Program-made: the position numbers and the translations under genes
The notes under the pieces: model-generated
The model's database searches: none
The model's input: only the letters and a program-made list of their open reading frames with translations
What the model was told of the DNA's origin: nothing
In this document: one piece after another, positions 23,407 to 37,025 of the stretch
Layout of the letters: each line of letters starts with the position of its first letter
How positions within the stretch are numbered: the first letter of the stretch is position 1
Source of the DNA: Takakia lepidozioides
Lineage: Eukaryota > Plantae > Bryophyta
Assembly: GCA_030704615.1 (NCBI GenBank)
Contig: JAKLZA010000012.1
Span: 1 to 45,739 of the forward strand
DNA: 45,739 nt
Reading direction: 5' to 3'

Positions 23407-25237
23407 AAGACTTGGTTTGTGAGTGGACTAAGACCAGAGTTGCAGAAGAAAGTGGATATGTTATCCCATAATACAGTGGAGGAGGCATTTGAAACTGCAA
23501 ACAGAATTGAGCAATTGGGAATGCTCAGGAGAGAGAAAATGGATGATGAGGACTCTGAGGATGAGTCAGATGAAGAAGAAGAGCAAGAACTGAAAAGGAA
23601 GAGTAAGAGAAAGGAGAAGTTGAAGAGGGATAACTATGAGAAAAGATTAGAAGAAATCTTGAAGAGGTATGCCACAGAGGCTGCAACACATTGGAGGAAG
23701 GGTGTTTGGTGTGCAAAGTGCCAGAATGAAGGCCATACCACCACAGAATGCCACATGAAGGAGAAACACTGTACTATCTGTAAAATGGATAACCATTCTA
23801 CTCAGAATTGTTACTACAACAGAAGGACAGCTGCAAGAGAACCTAGGCAAGTAAGGGTGCATCAGGTGCAACCTCAGCCAAGAAGAAACAATGATCAGGA
23901 CCACTATGGTAGGTCTGGTGGTTATAACAATGGCATGGAAGGGAGAGGTAATTCAAGAGGGAATTACCAAGGAAATTCCAGAGGCAACTATCAGGGTAAT
24001 CCAAGGGGGAATTACCAGCCCGGGAATCAGGATTACAAAAATAATCCAAGAGTAGACCAAGGGCGAGGACCCAACGGTGAAGAACTGTGTTACTATTGTA
24101 ATCAGCCAGGACATCGCAAGGCAGCCTGTTCATTCTGGATTAGACACCAGAATGAGATGAGAGCTCCTGTGAATGAGGGCCCAGTGGTGGCAGCTCACAT
24201 GGTTAGGCCATGTGTTGTACCAGAAGTAAGTACAATGATAGTAACAAGAAGCAAAGCCAAACTAATACCTCTAGTAGTTGAGGAAGATGATGATAATGAA
24301 GGTGGCAGTGATATGCCGGAAGATGATGAGGCTTGGAGAGATGAGAAGGAACTGCACAAGGAAGTGGCAGATACCATAAGGGAAATGCAGAAGAGTACTG
24401 ATATTCCTGTGGCAGATTCCTCTGATTCTGATGGAGAAGAAGAAGTGAGTGAGGATGAAAGGAAGAAAGAAGATGCAGACATGCAAAGTAATGAAGGCAC
24501 TTTGGCTGAAGTAATATGCCAGACCATAGCAGAGATTATCATTGGACAGCTATTGGCTGTGGCACCTTATTGTAGACACAGGCTATATCAAGCAATCAAT
24601 CGAATTGCCCAGGAGACAGGAAACACAGACCTGAACAGCAAGGTGACCAGTTATAATGTGAAGCCGGAAGGGCGAGAAACAGTCATGGACTTTGATGATT
24701 CTATGCTAGTAATCCAATTGAGAATTGGAAGCACAGAACTAACTGATGTACTGATAGATGGAGGTTCTGGAGTAAATATCATGACAGACCAATTAAGGAA
24801 GAAGCTTGGTCTAAGTAACATGAAACCAGCCCCATTTACAGTAACAATGGCAGATCAAAGAAGTGTACAGCCATTGGGATTGATAAGAGGAGTTAAGATA
24901 CAAATACAGAAGATGATCTTCATGATCACAGTAACTGTGTTGAAGATGGATGAAGTCATGGAGGCTTACTCCTTATTATTGGGACGTCCGTGGCTGAAAC
25001 AGGCCAGGGTATTCCATGACTGGAATTCTCAATTACTAACCGTGCATAATGGGATACACGAGATACAAATTACCACAAAGAAATCTAGTAGATTACCTGC
25101 TACGAGAAGACCTCGAGGGGTCAGAGAGTATGACTGGAGAGGAGGATTGGATGAGGAGCAGGAAGCTATCCTGTTTGCTGCACACCCAGAGTGGGAGCAG
25201 GTTGCAGAGATGCGGCTGGAAAGCCTAAGTTGTTTAA
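23407..25237 (+). pseudogene. gag-pol: gag C-terminal part and aspartic protease of copy A
   Basis: Resumes in register after the TSD. Three CX2CX4HX4C knuckles, RGNYQGN repeats, protease motif VLIDGGSGVN and LLLGRPWL. Nearly identical to B's gag-PR. Confidence 0.9.
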
Positions 25238-28200
25238 GGGTAGAAGCATGGTACGGGCCATCCAAAAGCGGCAACTTGCAGTCCATAAAAAATGGACATA
25301 TGAAGTAGAAAACGCAGCACGCGGGAACGAAGTCGGAAAAAGTTGAATTTATTGTAGCCGTTGATTGTTTTTGTACATCAAGTTATTACCGTCGATTGGA
25401 GGTCGCCTTCATCAGGGGGTGGCTGGAAGATGGCTGGTCGCGTTGGGCTAGACTGAAGCGCGGGGACGATGAGCTGCCATGTATGACGCGCGATGCGCAA
25501 CTAGAAGCTAGCTAGGACGTACGAGTTGATTGGGATTAGGAATGTGAAGAGATTGGGAAGAGATTGTGAATGTTTGATCACAAAAGTTTGCTTACCATTT
25601 TGTAAGATTTTTAGGGTTTAGCTTGTGATTGTTTCATCAACTCTACGCATGCGTGAAGTTCATTTTCATTTCTGTGTTTCTATGGGCGCGCTTGGGTGGT
25701 GGTAGCAGAGGAAGCGGGCGATGCAAGCAGAGCTTATAAAGTGCAACATTGTGTGTTGCTGCCATAGCAGCAGAGGCACGAGGGTAGAGGAGTAGAGGAG
25801 GAGCTTGGGCGGGGGTGCTCGGGTGTGCCATCGCTGGAAAAGCACTTGATTGTTGCCTGACTCTACCCTTGGTAAGTTTCGTTCAAGTTCGTGGCTAGTC
25901 GATTTGGTGTGCGGCATATCTGGAATTAGGTTCCTGCAAGCATGAATGTTTCTGTCGTAGCGCCTGGAAAGAGATGGCAGATTGCCATCCAAATGATGAT
26001 CATGACTAGTAACTTTCCACTTGAACTCTACAAGTACGAACCACCGCTGCGATCTTTCACGCCTGATTCTATACTTCTTGCATTGTGCATTTGAACACAG
26101 GTGGTTAATTGCCTTTCTTGAATCTTGACAGTGATGCCTGTTTTGTTTATCATTCTCTATGGTGTGTTTCTTGTTGGGTTGGTATTTCTCCATTTTTTTC
26201 CCTGCCCAGAGAAGGATATACTTACGTCTTGTTAGTGAGTCTAGTTGAGCTAATTTTTGGAGCTACCTGCTAGCAATTCATGTTGTAAAACCCTACAAAT
26301 TTAGGCTGCACAGTCATTCATACATGACAGTTTGTATGTGACCATTACGGTGAGGGTACCTGCACGATGATTGATCACAAAAGTCTGCTTACTATTACCT
26401 TTGTGAGGGGCTCACTCCAGTAGTTGGAGCTACCTTGATATAAACAATTGGTTGCATCAATCTGTTGTGTCTGAGCTACCTAGCAATTAGACCCCAACAG
26501 GGCCAGGGCCTTAGGCTCAGAATCGATACTTTGAAAGTTAGTGAACAGAGGTGCAAGCACTACACGGTCCTGAAGAGGGTGGCTCTCTGATGAGAATACC
26601 CGGGACACTGTTTTAGAAAATGGGTATTGCCTTCAGCGCGCCCACACATCGAGCATTGACAATCTCCCTTTCCTGTCTGCATGTGTTATTTGTTCAAGAA
26701 TTGACCCCCCGCCCTGGGGTTAAATTGTAGTTAATGCTGAGGATAGGTAGGCCTTTCAGCCTAAGGTTCACCCATGTCACAAACTGGAAACAAGTTCAGG
26801 GATGTTTATTCCTAACTTGTTTTTGTTCAAGCATTATTCATGCTTCGGACGTGGCTTTAGACACTTCAGCCTCCAAGTGAGCTTCATCCAGCAGGGTCAG
26901 TTCTTCCTGCCCAAACTTCAGGTACTTGAAACATCTCCTCTACATTTTTCTGCCATGACTTCAAACTGTTTAACAGGACGGTCTTGCTTCCAAGAAATAG
27001 AGTCTGTCATCTTAGGGTATCTGGTATTAGGCACTGAGCCCACCATCTGACCTTGAACTAACTCATGACTTTGAGAGCTCGAGGGTGGTGCGCCAAACTC
27101 GCCTTGAACAGCCGCATTAGCTATTGTAGAGCACGCTGACATGCTCTCTTTGAGCACTGAAAGCTGAATGGATTCTAAAGTCTTAGGCATGGTTGGAGTT
27201 GCTCTCTCACACGGCAATGCCTACTCCAAGGTAGGCCAACATGGTCGTTGTAACTTCAGTATTAATCCGTCTGCAGTGGAAACATTTGAGTGAGAATATC
27301 CAAAGTTTGTGTTTAGTTGTTTGACCTATTTTGTGTATGTTCATCACAGTTACAACTAGAGGAGAACTCCACAGCAAGATATGTACTGGAAGGGAGCACA
27401 CAATTGTGGCATTTAATGATCGTGGGGAGGGATGAGGGGATCTGGCCTAATCTGGCCTACCATGCAGACTTGTGAACTGTTGTCGCTGGCTGGTTTCAAG
27501 TGAGACTGCATGCCCTTTTTTGTCAAGTTGCATTTGTATATGGCTTGTACCAAATGTGGTCGTTGTTATAAAAAGGACGATATCAGCGAGGTAGGGGAAG
27601 AGTAGCAGATGTAGCATAAGTAGCTGAATGTAAAGTTTGTCACACTGGTAGTGGGTACCAAGTCCAGTCTATTCGAACAAGTTAACAGACCCCTGAGTTT
27701 GTGTCACTTATCTTTGTTGTTATGACTTCAAACTACTCTCCAACGAGCTACCCTTTTTGTGTTATAGTGAGGGGGCAAGTGGATCCCATTTTTGGAGACC
27801 TGGACAGTAACCTATTTTCTAGTGTGCAGAAGAAGGGCCCAACAGTGTGATTGTTGATTGCCAAGGAATTTTGAGTGTCTGTGTTGAAAATGTTTGGTTT
27901 CTCTTGCTGCCATGTTAGTCCTTGAAGAATTTACTTTTTACTATCCTCTGATTCCATCTGCTTGCCTGCATATGTTGTCACATTTGTGGGGCTACTATTC
28001 AAACAAGTTTCAGCTGTTTGTGCAGCTGATTTGCGGGATGGCAGGTGGCCTGCGGCTCTCCCTCACGCTACCTCCCACCACATCTTGCAAAAGCATTACA
28101 GGTGTGGCACCCCCTTAGCATTTGTGCAATCTGGTGTTCCCTACTCATATTTTCACTTTTATTGCGTACCTCATAGCCTAGGTGGGGTAGAGGGGTAGAG

Positions 28201-28756
28201 TAGTCTCTTGTTGTTGTAGCACGTGACAACCCAGCTCATCCTTGCGTACCTAATTACCTAAACTGAACCATGACGCTAGATTGAAGGAACTTGTCCCTTC
28301 TGTCAATCATTGGTTGGGATCGAAGAGGAATATGGCAATGCATATCATCAATATGTGAATGTTGATTCTCTGAAACTTCACCATGTGGGGGAATATAGAA
28401 TTTGAAAACGTGTGGAAAGCAGGTTTGTCATCTATGTGGATCACTTGCACTTCTTGAAGGCTGCACTTGCGTTAACCAGAGATGATCCAGACTTGGCCTC
28501 TGATTGCAAAGGTAATTTCATGTCAGAATTAGGTAGTATGGTTGTCATGAAGCTGGAAATATCAGTAGGGTTTAGGGTTTGTTGGTTTGTTGGTTCTCAT
28601 GAAGCTGGAAATGTCGGTAGGGTGTTGGTTTGTAGCTCCATCCTTGCCCCCTCATGTTGTTGTCTCCGTACATAACCAACCTGGAGTTGTAAAAAACTAG
28701 TTAATGGGAATGTGGGGCTGGGAGTATGTAGGGCACTCAAGAAGTGGTTCAAAACA

Positions 28757-30251
28757 ATGGTGCAGTCGGGGAGTAAGTTACAAAATTCACCTACGAATGG
28801 GAAGAGTTCCAATGCAGCATCTGAAGATACTATGGGCGAAAGAGGGGGGCACAAATCAGCAGATTACTTCAGGGATGTCCTCAAGCTGAATGCGACAGGC
28901 AAGAATCCCAAACAACTTCTCTTAGACAAAGACATCACCAAAGAACAATGTGCAAAGTTGTTTGGACAACCTGCAAACAAGAATGGGTACTTCTACATGG
29001 GTTGTACTGACAAGAGTATGATTCCCAAAATCGAGGACCTATGGAGTAAGGTTCATGGGTATGATTGTAAGCCAACCGGTGGTATCATTGCAAACTTGAT
29101 GGCAAGGGGCATTGTCTATGAAAAAAGGACTGGACAAAAACTCAATTGGGTAGCATACGCGGCATGGACAGCTAAGCAACAAGAAAGAATGAAGGAGCAT
29201 CGAGAAGCAAAGGACCCTGGCAGCACAGACAGTAAGCCAAAGCTAGGAGTTTGTGAATTGAAAGACAGGCTACGCAAAACCCCAGGTAGAGGCAAAGAAG
29301 GACTGAAACAAACGCCTGAGCAAGTGATTGCAGAGATGGAAAGGAAAAAACATGAGCAAGAGTATGTGGCAACTGCCCTAGCGAGTCTTCAGGAACTACA
29401 TGATTTGAAGTATGAGGAGATGTGTGGGGCAAAGGAAGAGTTGGAGAGGTTAAAGAAAGGGAAGTTGGACTTGATGGAGAAGACGCGGACTGTTCGGGTG
29501 CAAATGGAAGATAGACAATGGTGTCTTGCAGAGTGTCGGAACAAGATTGCAGACCTAGAGGCCAAACTCACCCACGAGGGTGCCACAATCCGAGCCGGGG
29601 AAGAGACCTTAATGCAAAAAGGGGAAGAGAGTGTTGGGTCACTGAATTGTGGAAAGGGAAGACAGTCTGAGATGCAAAGGGAACTTGACCAGAAGAAATC
29701 AATTGAAGCGGAATTTTGGCTCAATGCTGATAAGACCAAAAAAGAGTTCAATGCTTTGTGTGATGCAGGGGACCAGGAAGACAGGGACATTAGAGTGGCA
29801 GAGAATGTGGTCGATGTTGCTGACACAGAGAGGAGTCTTATCCAAGATCAGATTGAGGCCTTGACAAATGGGGACAAAGGACTTGCCATCTATCCTATGC
29901 CTATATGTCATCCTCAAGTGATCAAAGATAGTACGTCCATCAAGGATTTCCTGAAGGTCTCTCCTTGCCCTGTTTGCCACAAAGGTTTCCACTGTTGGGA
30001 CATGGTGGTGACATCTTGTAAGCACACTTACCATCCTGCTTGTATGGCATCCCATATGAAGATGTCAAACAGGTGTAGGGACTTCAGCTGTTCAGAGATC
30101 ATGCATCCTGATTGGTGTTCTAGTTTTGGGTTTAGGATTCTTGACCCAGAGGTGCAGGCACTTGCGGAAAAGCTGAGAGTGGTTGAGCTGCGCCAAAGGT
30201 GGATGTCAAAGCAACTTCACGAAGCCAGGGTTAGAAACACCCAAGTTCCAG
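28757..30251 (+). CDS. Passenger gene exon 1: mobile-domain-like N-terminus, coiled coil, RING-H2 finger
   Basis: Long open frame with a heptad-rich central region. CPVC-x13-CKHTYHPAC-x10-C-x4-C fits a C3H2C3 RING. Ends at CCAG|GTAAG (phase-1 donor). Confidence 0.8.
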
Positions 30252-30339
30252 GTAAGATTGATTGCAACATTTCCATGTTTTCTTCTTCAGAAAACTTGTG
30301 TGGTCCAAGGCTGTACCTCTTCATGTCCAATCCTCGGGA

Positions 30340-30910
30340 CTGTAGTCCCAAGATTGGACCTTCAACCCCTTCAACTGACTATGAGTCTGAATGTGGGACT
30401 GCAAATGTTATTATTTGTCCTTTTAGTGGAGTGAATCCTTACTGGGGAGTCCTTATTGAGGAGTGTCATTCTTAACTAGAATTCTGAGTCTTCAGTCATG
30501 TGGAGTGTGAGTCCAAGTGCTGACTCATGTGGAGTATGAGTCGATGTGTTTAGTCATGGGGAGTGTGAGTCCACTTGCTGACTAATTACTGGGAATATGA
30601 GTCCTTAATGATTTCCACTGATTTCTAGTTTGGAATCAGAGTCCTGTGGAGGGTCAGTCCATGTGCTTAATCATGTGGAGTGTGAGTCCAACTGCAAAAT
30701 AATGGATGTAGAATGCGAGTCCTTATTGAGGAGCTTGCTTCTCAACTTGGAATCTGAGTTATGGCCCAGATGGAGTGTGAGTCCTAATTAGGGAGTGTGA
30801 ATCTTGCTTGTAGTCCCACCATCAGCTGCATAGAACTTGGAAGTCTAATATGGGGGACAAAAAGTCCATTATGATGGACTGTGCACTCCCCACATAATTA
30901 TTGTAGTCCA
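30340..30910 (+). repeat. Degenerate ~30-bp tandem array (CATGTGGAGTGTGAGTCC-like) in the RING gene intron
   Basis: More than ten AGTCC occurrences counted by eye, often about 30 or 60 bp apart. Confidence 0.8.
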
Positions 30911-30988
30911 ACTGTTGGGACTTCGGCCAATGGTAAGGACTACAATGACTTGTCTGGACTCAAATTACAGTTAATGTTGTATTGGTAG

Positions 30989-32305
30989 ACAGTAGGCACC
31001 AAGTGATAATTCAGCCTTCTCAAACCAGTTGTAATGGTGTAGGTGTGATAGCAGATGATGGCTTCATTGATGCCAACAAACGAAGACCAGGACCTCCATC
31101 TCAGGCCACCACCAACTATAGCGCATTCACCACCAACTACAGTGGAGGCCAAAGTGGACATGGTGGTAGTGCTGTGAACCAAAACTTCCCTCGAACTCCA
31201 AGCTCGTCAACTCTTCAAATGTCACCTTTGGGGCTGTCGCGGCCGGGGATTGTTGCACCAATTGTTGGTGATCCGTTGAACCCTGAGGTTGATGTCACAC
31301 CTGATACCATCATGCAAGAGGTTTCAGCTTCAGGAAAGGGTTATGTCAAGAAGTTCCTCATTCCTGGTTCTCCACCAAAAAAGATTCCTGGATCTCCACT
31401 GCAAGCTGCATTTGTTCCAGAGATTGTCACGACACATACGCTACAAAGTACACATGAAGATGTTGTGGACTTGACAATCCCATCCACTGTTGTTCCTCCT
31501 TATGTGGATGTGAAGGTTGAAAGAGATGGTGCCCAAAATACTGGACATGTGGCAACCCTCTCATCAGACTCAGAATTGGGGTCACAGGGATTTGAAACTG
31601 ATGCTGGGGCCGACTCCCAGTCTGATTCTGATACAGTTGTGTTGCACAGTACCATAGGTGGAGGCCCCTCACAAGTTTCAGATCCTATATTTCATGTCAC
31701 TCTACCAGTTGCTACCTCCCTTGTTGCTCCGCCAATATCCATTCCCGCAATTCCAGCTCAATTGGATGGTGGTTCTCCATTACCTATGGTAGTATATGTA
31801 CCTCATGCCTTAGCAACAACCCTCCTGTTCTTGGACCAGTGTTGAACCCCCCAGCTGTAGCCCTTGTCAGTCCACATGTTCAGGCAACAGGGAAGCGTAA
31901 ACGAGAACGAAAGAGATCTCGCAAGGCATTGAGTGCAGAGTATGCAAAGAAGCCCACCACTAGGGCGGATTCTAAGGTATCAATTGACAAGGATATGGAC
32001 AAGTGCCCAGGTGAAAGTACCCCCTCATCAAAGAGAGTTGTCGTGCACAAGCCCTTGGATACGAATGAAGACAACGATCTGAGCCACCATGATAAGAGTA
32101 ACTCAATCCCACGGGATGGTGTTGTGAAGGCCGCTCGGGGCCCTGTTGTGAAGTCACTGAAAACCGTGAAGACTCCTCCCAACTTGACCACTCGGGGGCC
32201 TATTGTCAAGTCCCTTAATACTGTCAAGACCCACCTAACTTGAAGATGGATGCAGGTTCTTCTGGTGCAGGCCCTAAGAAGAAGAAAAGAAAACATATCA
32301 ACTAG
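30989..32305 (+). pseudogene. Passenger gene exon 2: low-complexity S/P/T-rich tail with basic NLS motifs (two apparent frameshifts)
   Basis: Acceptor TTGGTAG|AC restores codon G|AC in frame with exon 1. Frameshifts near 31810 and 32232 join ORFs 30982-31845 and 31839-32243 to a final ...GPKKKKRKHIN*. Also contains KRKRERKR and a 57-bp tandem duplication. Confidence 0.65.
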
Positions 32306-34266
32306 GTACAAGCTGAGTACTGTACACTTATGCTTTTATCACTAATGTTAGAATAACTCTTGGTTGTTATTTTGCCAATTCATGCTCAAGTTTCTGATGC
32401 AATTTAACTCCTCTATGCATGATATATAGGACATACATCTGGTATACGTCTAGTGCTGAATTATGAGACAGAAGTATAGTAAGATCTTGAGCATTGTGGG
32501 TGGCAATGCAGGGCATGTGATTAGCAGACCGCCCCTATGAGGACTTTACCACTCGCTGCTGTCATTGTGGGGACAGGTCTCGTCTCTTCATCAGTACTTG
32601 TTCATTTATGACATGGCCACTTTGGGAGGCAGGCACCAAGCAAAGGCTAGTCTTTCATCGATGGGGTAGAGGTTGGTGCCACGATATGTCAATGTTGAGC
32701 AGTTTAGAACTGGCAGAGGATGTGTTAGTTGTTACCATTAGGTGCCCAGCCAAGTCATGTGATGAGGATTTGCCCTTGTGGTTTCTCGAGTAGCTCACAA
32801 TGGACACATGACATGGATTGAGGGCATGCACATTACTGTTCTTTGTTCATCTTCTGCTGATAGGTATGCTGTACATGTTTGAGTAAGGCAGCAATATCAT
32901 GACAGTGGTTTTTGAAAACAATGCACTCTATTTTGCTATCTGTTTCTGATAGGAATTGCTAGAATACCTTCGTGCAGGCAGTCTACTGTCATTCATTCTA
33001 TGTGAGAAAGATGGCTTTGAAAGGCCCATTGCTTTTCCTGCCTGTGCTACAATTCTCCAACATGCGTGGGTTTAACAGAGTCTGCGCCTGAAATTTGACT
33101 AACTGGTGGATGGTATGGCTACATCCGGTTGCGTACCTCTATCCTCCTTTGCTTGACTCTGATAGTTCATTTACAAAACTGCAATCGGACACCAACAATA
33201 CAAGTCTCCATCTCTCGATGGTAATTAGTCTAGCTCCTTGGTGAAGATCCCTGGTATGGCGGACCGAAGCCTGGCCAACAGACAACATTCCCATCATTCC
33301 CCTCTCTACAGGAGACAAGCTGGTTCTGTACCCCAAGTCAGGACACTAATCAACTCACTAAACAGAATATACCTCAGTAATGGCAGCTCTAAGCAATCTA
33401 CCTTCGCTCAATTGAGCACATAAATGTGATTTGTAGTGCTGCCTGCCTAATTCTTTAGAGAGTTTGATAGTATCTCTCAACTTCATCCAAGCCCAAAAAT
33501 TACTTGTGTGTATGATTTAATGCATGCAGTTCAATATGCAAGGATGGCTTAACTTTGAAGAGGGAATCAAGACAGTATGATAGCAGGTCTGCTGCTGTTC
33601 CACTTGATTGTCCCACTGTGTTTGGAAGGCTGTTAGCAACTCAGACTAGAATGGCGCCCGGCTTCAGCGTGTTGAGGATCATGTGCCTTATTTTTACAGC
33701 TATGATCTTCTCCACTTTCTTATCCAAAACGAGGGTGTGGAACTTTGAAAGAACCAGGAAGTATGACAAGTTGTAGGGTTTATGATGAGGTTTTGCCATA
33801 TCTTCGTAGCCAGGCACCTTTGCCAACCAGTTGGTATGAGAAGGGGGAGGACAACAGATTGTGTGATCAGAGAGGAAGGCAAACACACTCCAAATAACAA
33901 GAAACCAATCACAGAAAGAAAACCAGACACATTAAATTGAAATTCCCCGCCTTGTGAAGTGATACACCACAGCACTAGTGCGGGAATTCTAGTCACCAGG
34001 CACATTCAATTGAACAGTAACAAATTTGGCCACAGCCACAGCCTCTTCAGCCATAGCTTGCAAGATAGATTATAGATTATGAATTATAATTGCGGCCAAA
34101 TAACAAAGCTACATACATACAAATTCCGAAAACAATCTCTCAGCTCACAAGCAACTTGTAATTCACATTGCTACATATTTGAGTTACATAACCCAAGGGA
34201 GAATTGGACCCCATCCCGATAAGGGAAGTTGCCCGTCAACCATGGATTGGCCTGCAACATGCCATC

Positions 34267-36185
34267 TTAGCGATCTTCCATTGCTGCCAGAGCTTCATTG
34301 ATGCCTCCCAATGCATCCGCAGACAAGGTGAAGACTGCATCCTTGCCTTTGACTCGATATGTCGCTGGAGGCATAGCAAATTTGATAGCCCTCACCAAAT
34401 GCGAATACAGAAATGCCAAAGGCTGGTCAGATAGGAACTTGTAAGCCTTATCTCTTCTTCCACACAACTGGTAATATCTCCCTGCAACCACATGCTCGCC
34501 AGGGTCAAAAGTACTTCCCCACCCATCTGTGAATGTCTCCATAACAACGTGAACCGGCCTTTCACAACAGAGCAAGTAGAAGTCCACCCCTTCTGAGTTT
34601 CCAGCTTCAGCATTGCAGGCAAAATTGTCCCCTGCATCCAAGCAGGAGGCCAAGTCCTCCCCATCTCCCCCAAACTCTTGTTCTTCATCCCCTTCTTCTT
34701 CAATCTGCCTCCGGACAGCAGTTGTATTTGTAGGTTGCAGGGTTTGCAACTTCCATTTTTGTGCATGAGCAATACTGATGCAGTTGTCCCAATCAAGATC
34801 CAAACAATGCGGACAAAAACATGCTAAGTCTCGAACCATGAGTTTGGTTGGGTCTGACTTGTTCCTCCCAAGAATGGAATGTAAAGACCGAGTTCCAGGT
34901 ACGGTCTTGCAATCCCACTCTTGTGTACGGTCAACATCTTCTGTACCAACAAGCCAAAAATGTCTTTTCACTGCTGTTCTAATCTTAGAGTACGAAGAAG
35001 GAGGTCGGGTGGACAGGTTCTTGCGCAAAAAAGCTACTGCCTCAGCAGCATTTTGCAGCTTCACACCATTTGAGTTTAACTGCTCTGCTCGTAAAGCCCT
35101 CTTGATCACAGCACCAGCCCCATCGTGCTCACCTTTCCCGTGCCCTGATCCAAAAAAGTTCCACCACATTGTGCAACCCCCTGTGATGTGGGGGTACCTA
35201 CTAACAAAAATACCAAGGACGAGCACCTTTAAACTGAGCAGCACAACCGTCACTCCATACCCAATGCGATTTAGGTCTGAACCCTGCTTCAGCAAGGTAA
35301 TTCCAATGAAACCGAAAGCAATGTTGTACGAACAGCGTGTCATGCTTGTTGTCATCAGAAATGTAAAAGTGCATTTCTTTCAAAACCTTGGAATCGGGAT
35401 CATTCACATCAGGGTGTGGATTCCACCGGTAGGTAATGTGCACCAATATAGTGATCTGGAAACTGTGCCAGTGCATCTCTTGCACTTCATTCTGAATTGT
35501 AAAAGTGTAGTTTTCAGCAAGTCAACAACAACAATATTGTATTCTCTGGCAAAGATTTCAAACTGGCTTTAAACTGAGCATCTTGCCATCGGGCTACAAA
35601 GTTATGACGAACAAAAGCCTGTAGCTTGGGTTTGAAGTATGACAAGAATTCAACAGAGGAAGTCGTTTGGTATTGGAGTTTCAGTCTCATTCTAGGGGCT
35701 CCATCTTTCTCCCCAACATTCTCTTTTGCATAGCATCTCCACTGCACTGTCAAATCACAACCATTTGCCTCCATGGGACAAATAGATAACTTACTTGAGC
35801 CACACCTCAAGCACTCTCTCATGAGATAGTCTCGCCGATGCCATTCATCCAATTCCCCTTTGGGACAAACAATTTCTTGCCAAAGCCAAGTCACTTCTTT
35901 GTAGGGGTGCTTGTTCGCTTGACAACCAGCTTCACCATCTAATACTGGTCCACGTCGACAAATATTACAGTCACAAGTACGTGATGATGGAGAGTGGACA
36001 CCCCTCTCGGCAGTCCGCATGTTGTTGAACCCATCCTTCAACTCCGCCATCTCCACATGATATTTGCAGCAACAAACATTACGATACTTCAGGCGTTTGA
36101 CAAAGAATGGCCTCAACAACTCAAACAATCGTTGACCCACTTTGACATTGGGATGGGCTGATTTGAAGCGAAGAAAGAAAGCAGT
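34267..36185 (-). pseudogene. Sola2-type DDD transposase, main exon (frameshifted)
   Basis: Motifs CCCKYH, VVD(F)AENY, ISDDNKHD, WSDGCAAQFK, WNFFGSGHGKGEHDGAGAVIKR, PGTRSLH and CFC-x2-C. One-nt indels near 35520, 35535 and 35207. Family assignment comes from recalled Sola2 motifs. Confidence 0.8.
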
Positions 36186-36249
36186 CTGCATTGCCACCAC
36201 AACATGCACAAAGAGAATCCCATTTAGTGCATGCACTAAGAATACCTAC

Positions 36250-36850
36250 TACTAGACCTAGACCAGTCCTAGACCTAGTCTTAGTCATAGTCCTTTCTCA
36301 TCACATGTCAAATTGTACAAGTACTAATCAGTCCTAGTAGTCCTAGACCTAGTCCTTCCTAGTCACAGATGAAGTAGTACATGTACTAATCAGTCCGAGT
36401 GTGAGTCCTTTCTAGTCACATATCAAGGAATGCATGTACTAACTAGTCCTAGTCCTAGTCCTAGTCACATACCAATGAATGCATGTCCTAATCAGTCCTA
36501 GTCCTACTTCTTTCTAGTCACATATCAAGGAATGCATGTCCAAATCGGTCCTAGTCCTAGTCATTGTCCTTTTCTAGTCACATTTCAAGGAGTGCATGTA
36601 CTAATGGAGTACATGTACATCGACTTCTAGTCCCTCCAAATCAAATTACATGGAGTGCATGCTATTTTGTCCTATCTAGTCATAATATAAGGAGTGCATG
36701 CTAGTGAGTTGTACTTCTAGTCCATCCCAGGCCTGTTTACAATGAGTACCAGTCCATGAACAAGAGGGACATCTTCAAGACACTCCAATTCAGGACATGA
36801 GCTGGGCATAGTATCCACAATTGAGTACAGTAATCTCAGTCCACTGGTAG
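36250..36850 (+). repeat. CTAGTCC / TCTAGTCACATATCAAGGA-like tandem array in the transposase intron
   Basis: Repeated (CTAGTC)n with ~50-60-bp higher-order units; roughly 15 AGTCC occurrences. Confidence 0.85.
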
Positions 36851-37025
36851 GTTTACAGGTGACGATGTACCTTGTCTAGGGAAAATGTACGAGGCAACCC
36901 AAACAACACAATGGCAGTTGACAAACTCCAACATAGTCCAATACAGTTATGTACAGTAGTAAGTGTAGAAGGATTGTAAAGTACTGAGAGCCCACACAAA
37001 CACTGTAAAGAGAGGGTTCGCTTAC

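Larger units (their letters stand above)
8273..25237 (+). mobile_element. Ty3/Gypsy LTR retrotransposon copy A (non-chromovirus; interrupted by copy B; truncated after the protease)
   Basis: 5' LTR 8273-9173 (TG...CA), PBS, 5' extra ORF, gag split by B at the AAGAC TSD, then gag-protease. Homology to B stops at ~25237-25240. Upstream flank CATGT is the expected TSD. Confidence 0.92.

Noticed and set aside
25600-28700. Several short ORFs as additional cargo genes
   Set aside because: Fragmentary, with no recognisable domains; cannot be supported without a homology search.
30252-30475. C-terminal part of the 587-aa ORF 28712-30475
   Set aside because: Read-through into the intron after a strong AG|GTAAG donor; it overlaps the repeat array.
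34778-35572. 264-aa + strand ORF
   Set aside because: Antisense shadow of the transposase; no recognisable motifs.
36186-36236. N-terminus MHALNG... of ORF 35514-36236
   Set aside because: Intronic; the acceptor at 36186 joins to the exon at 37026-37088.
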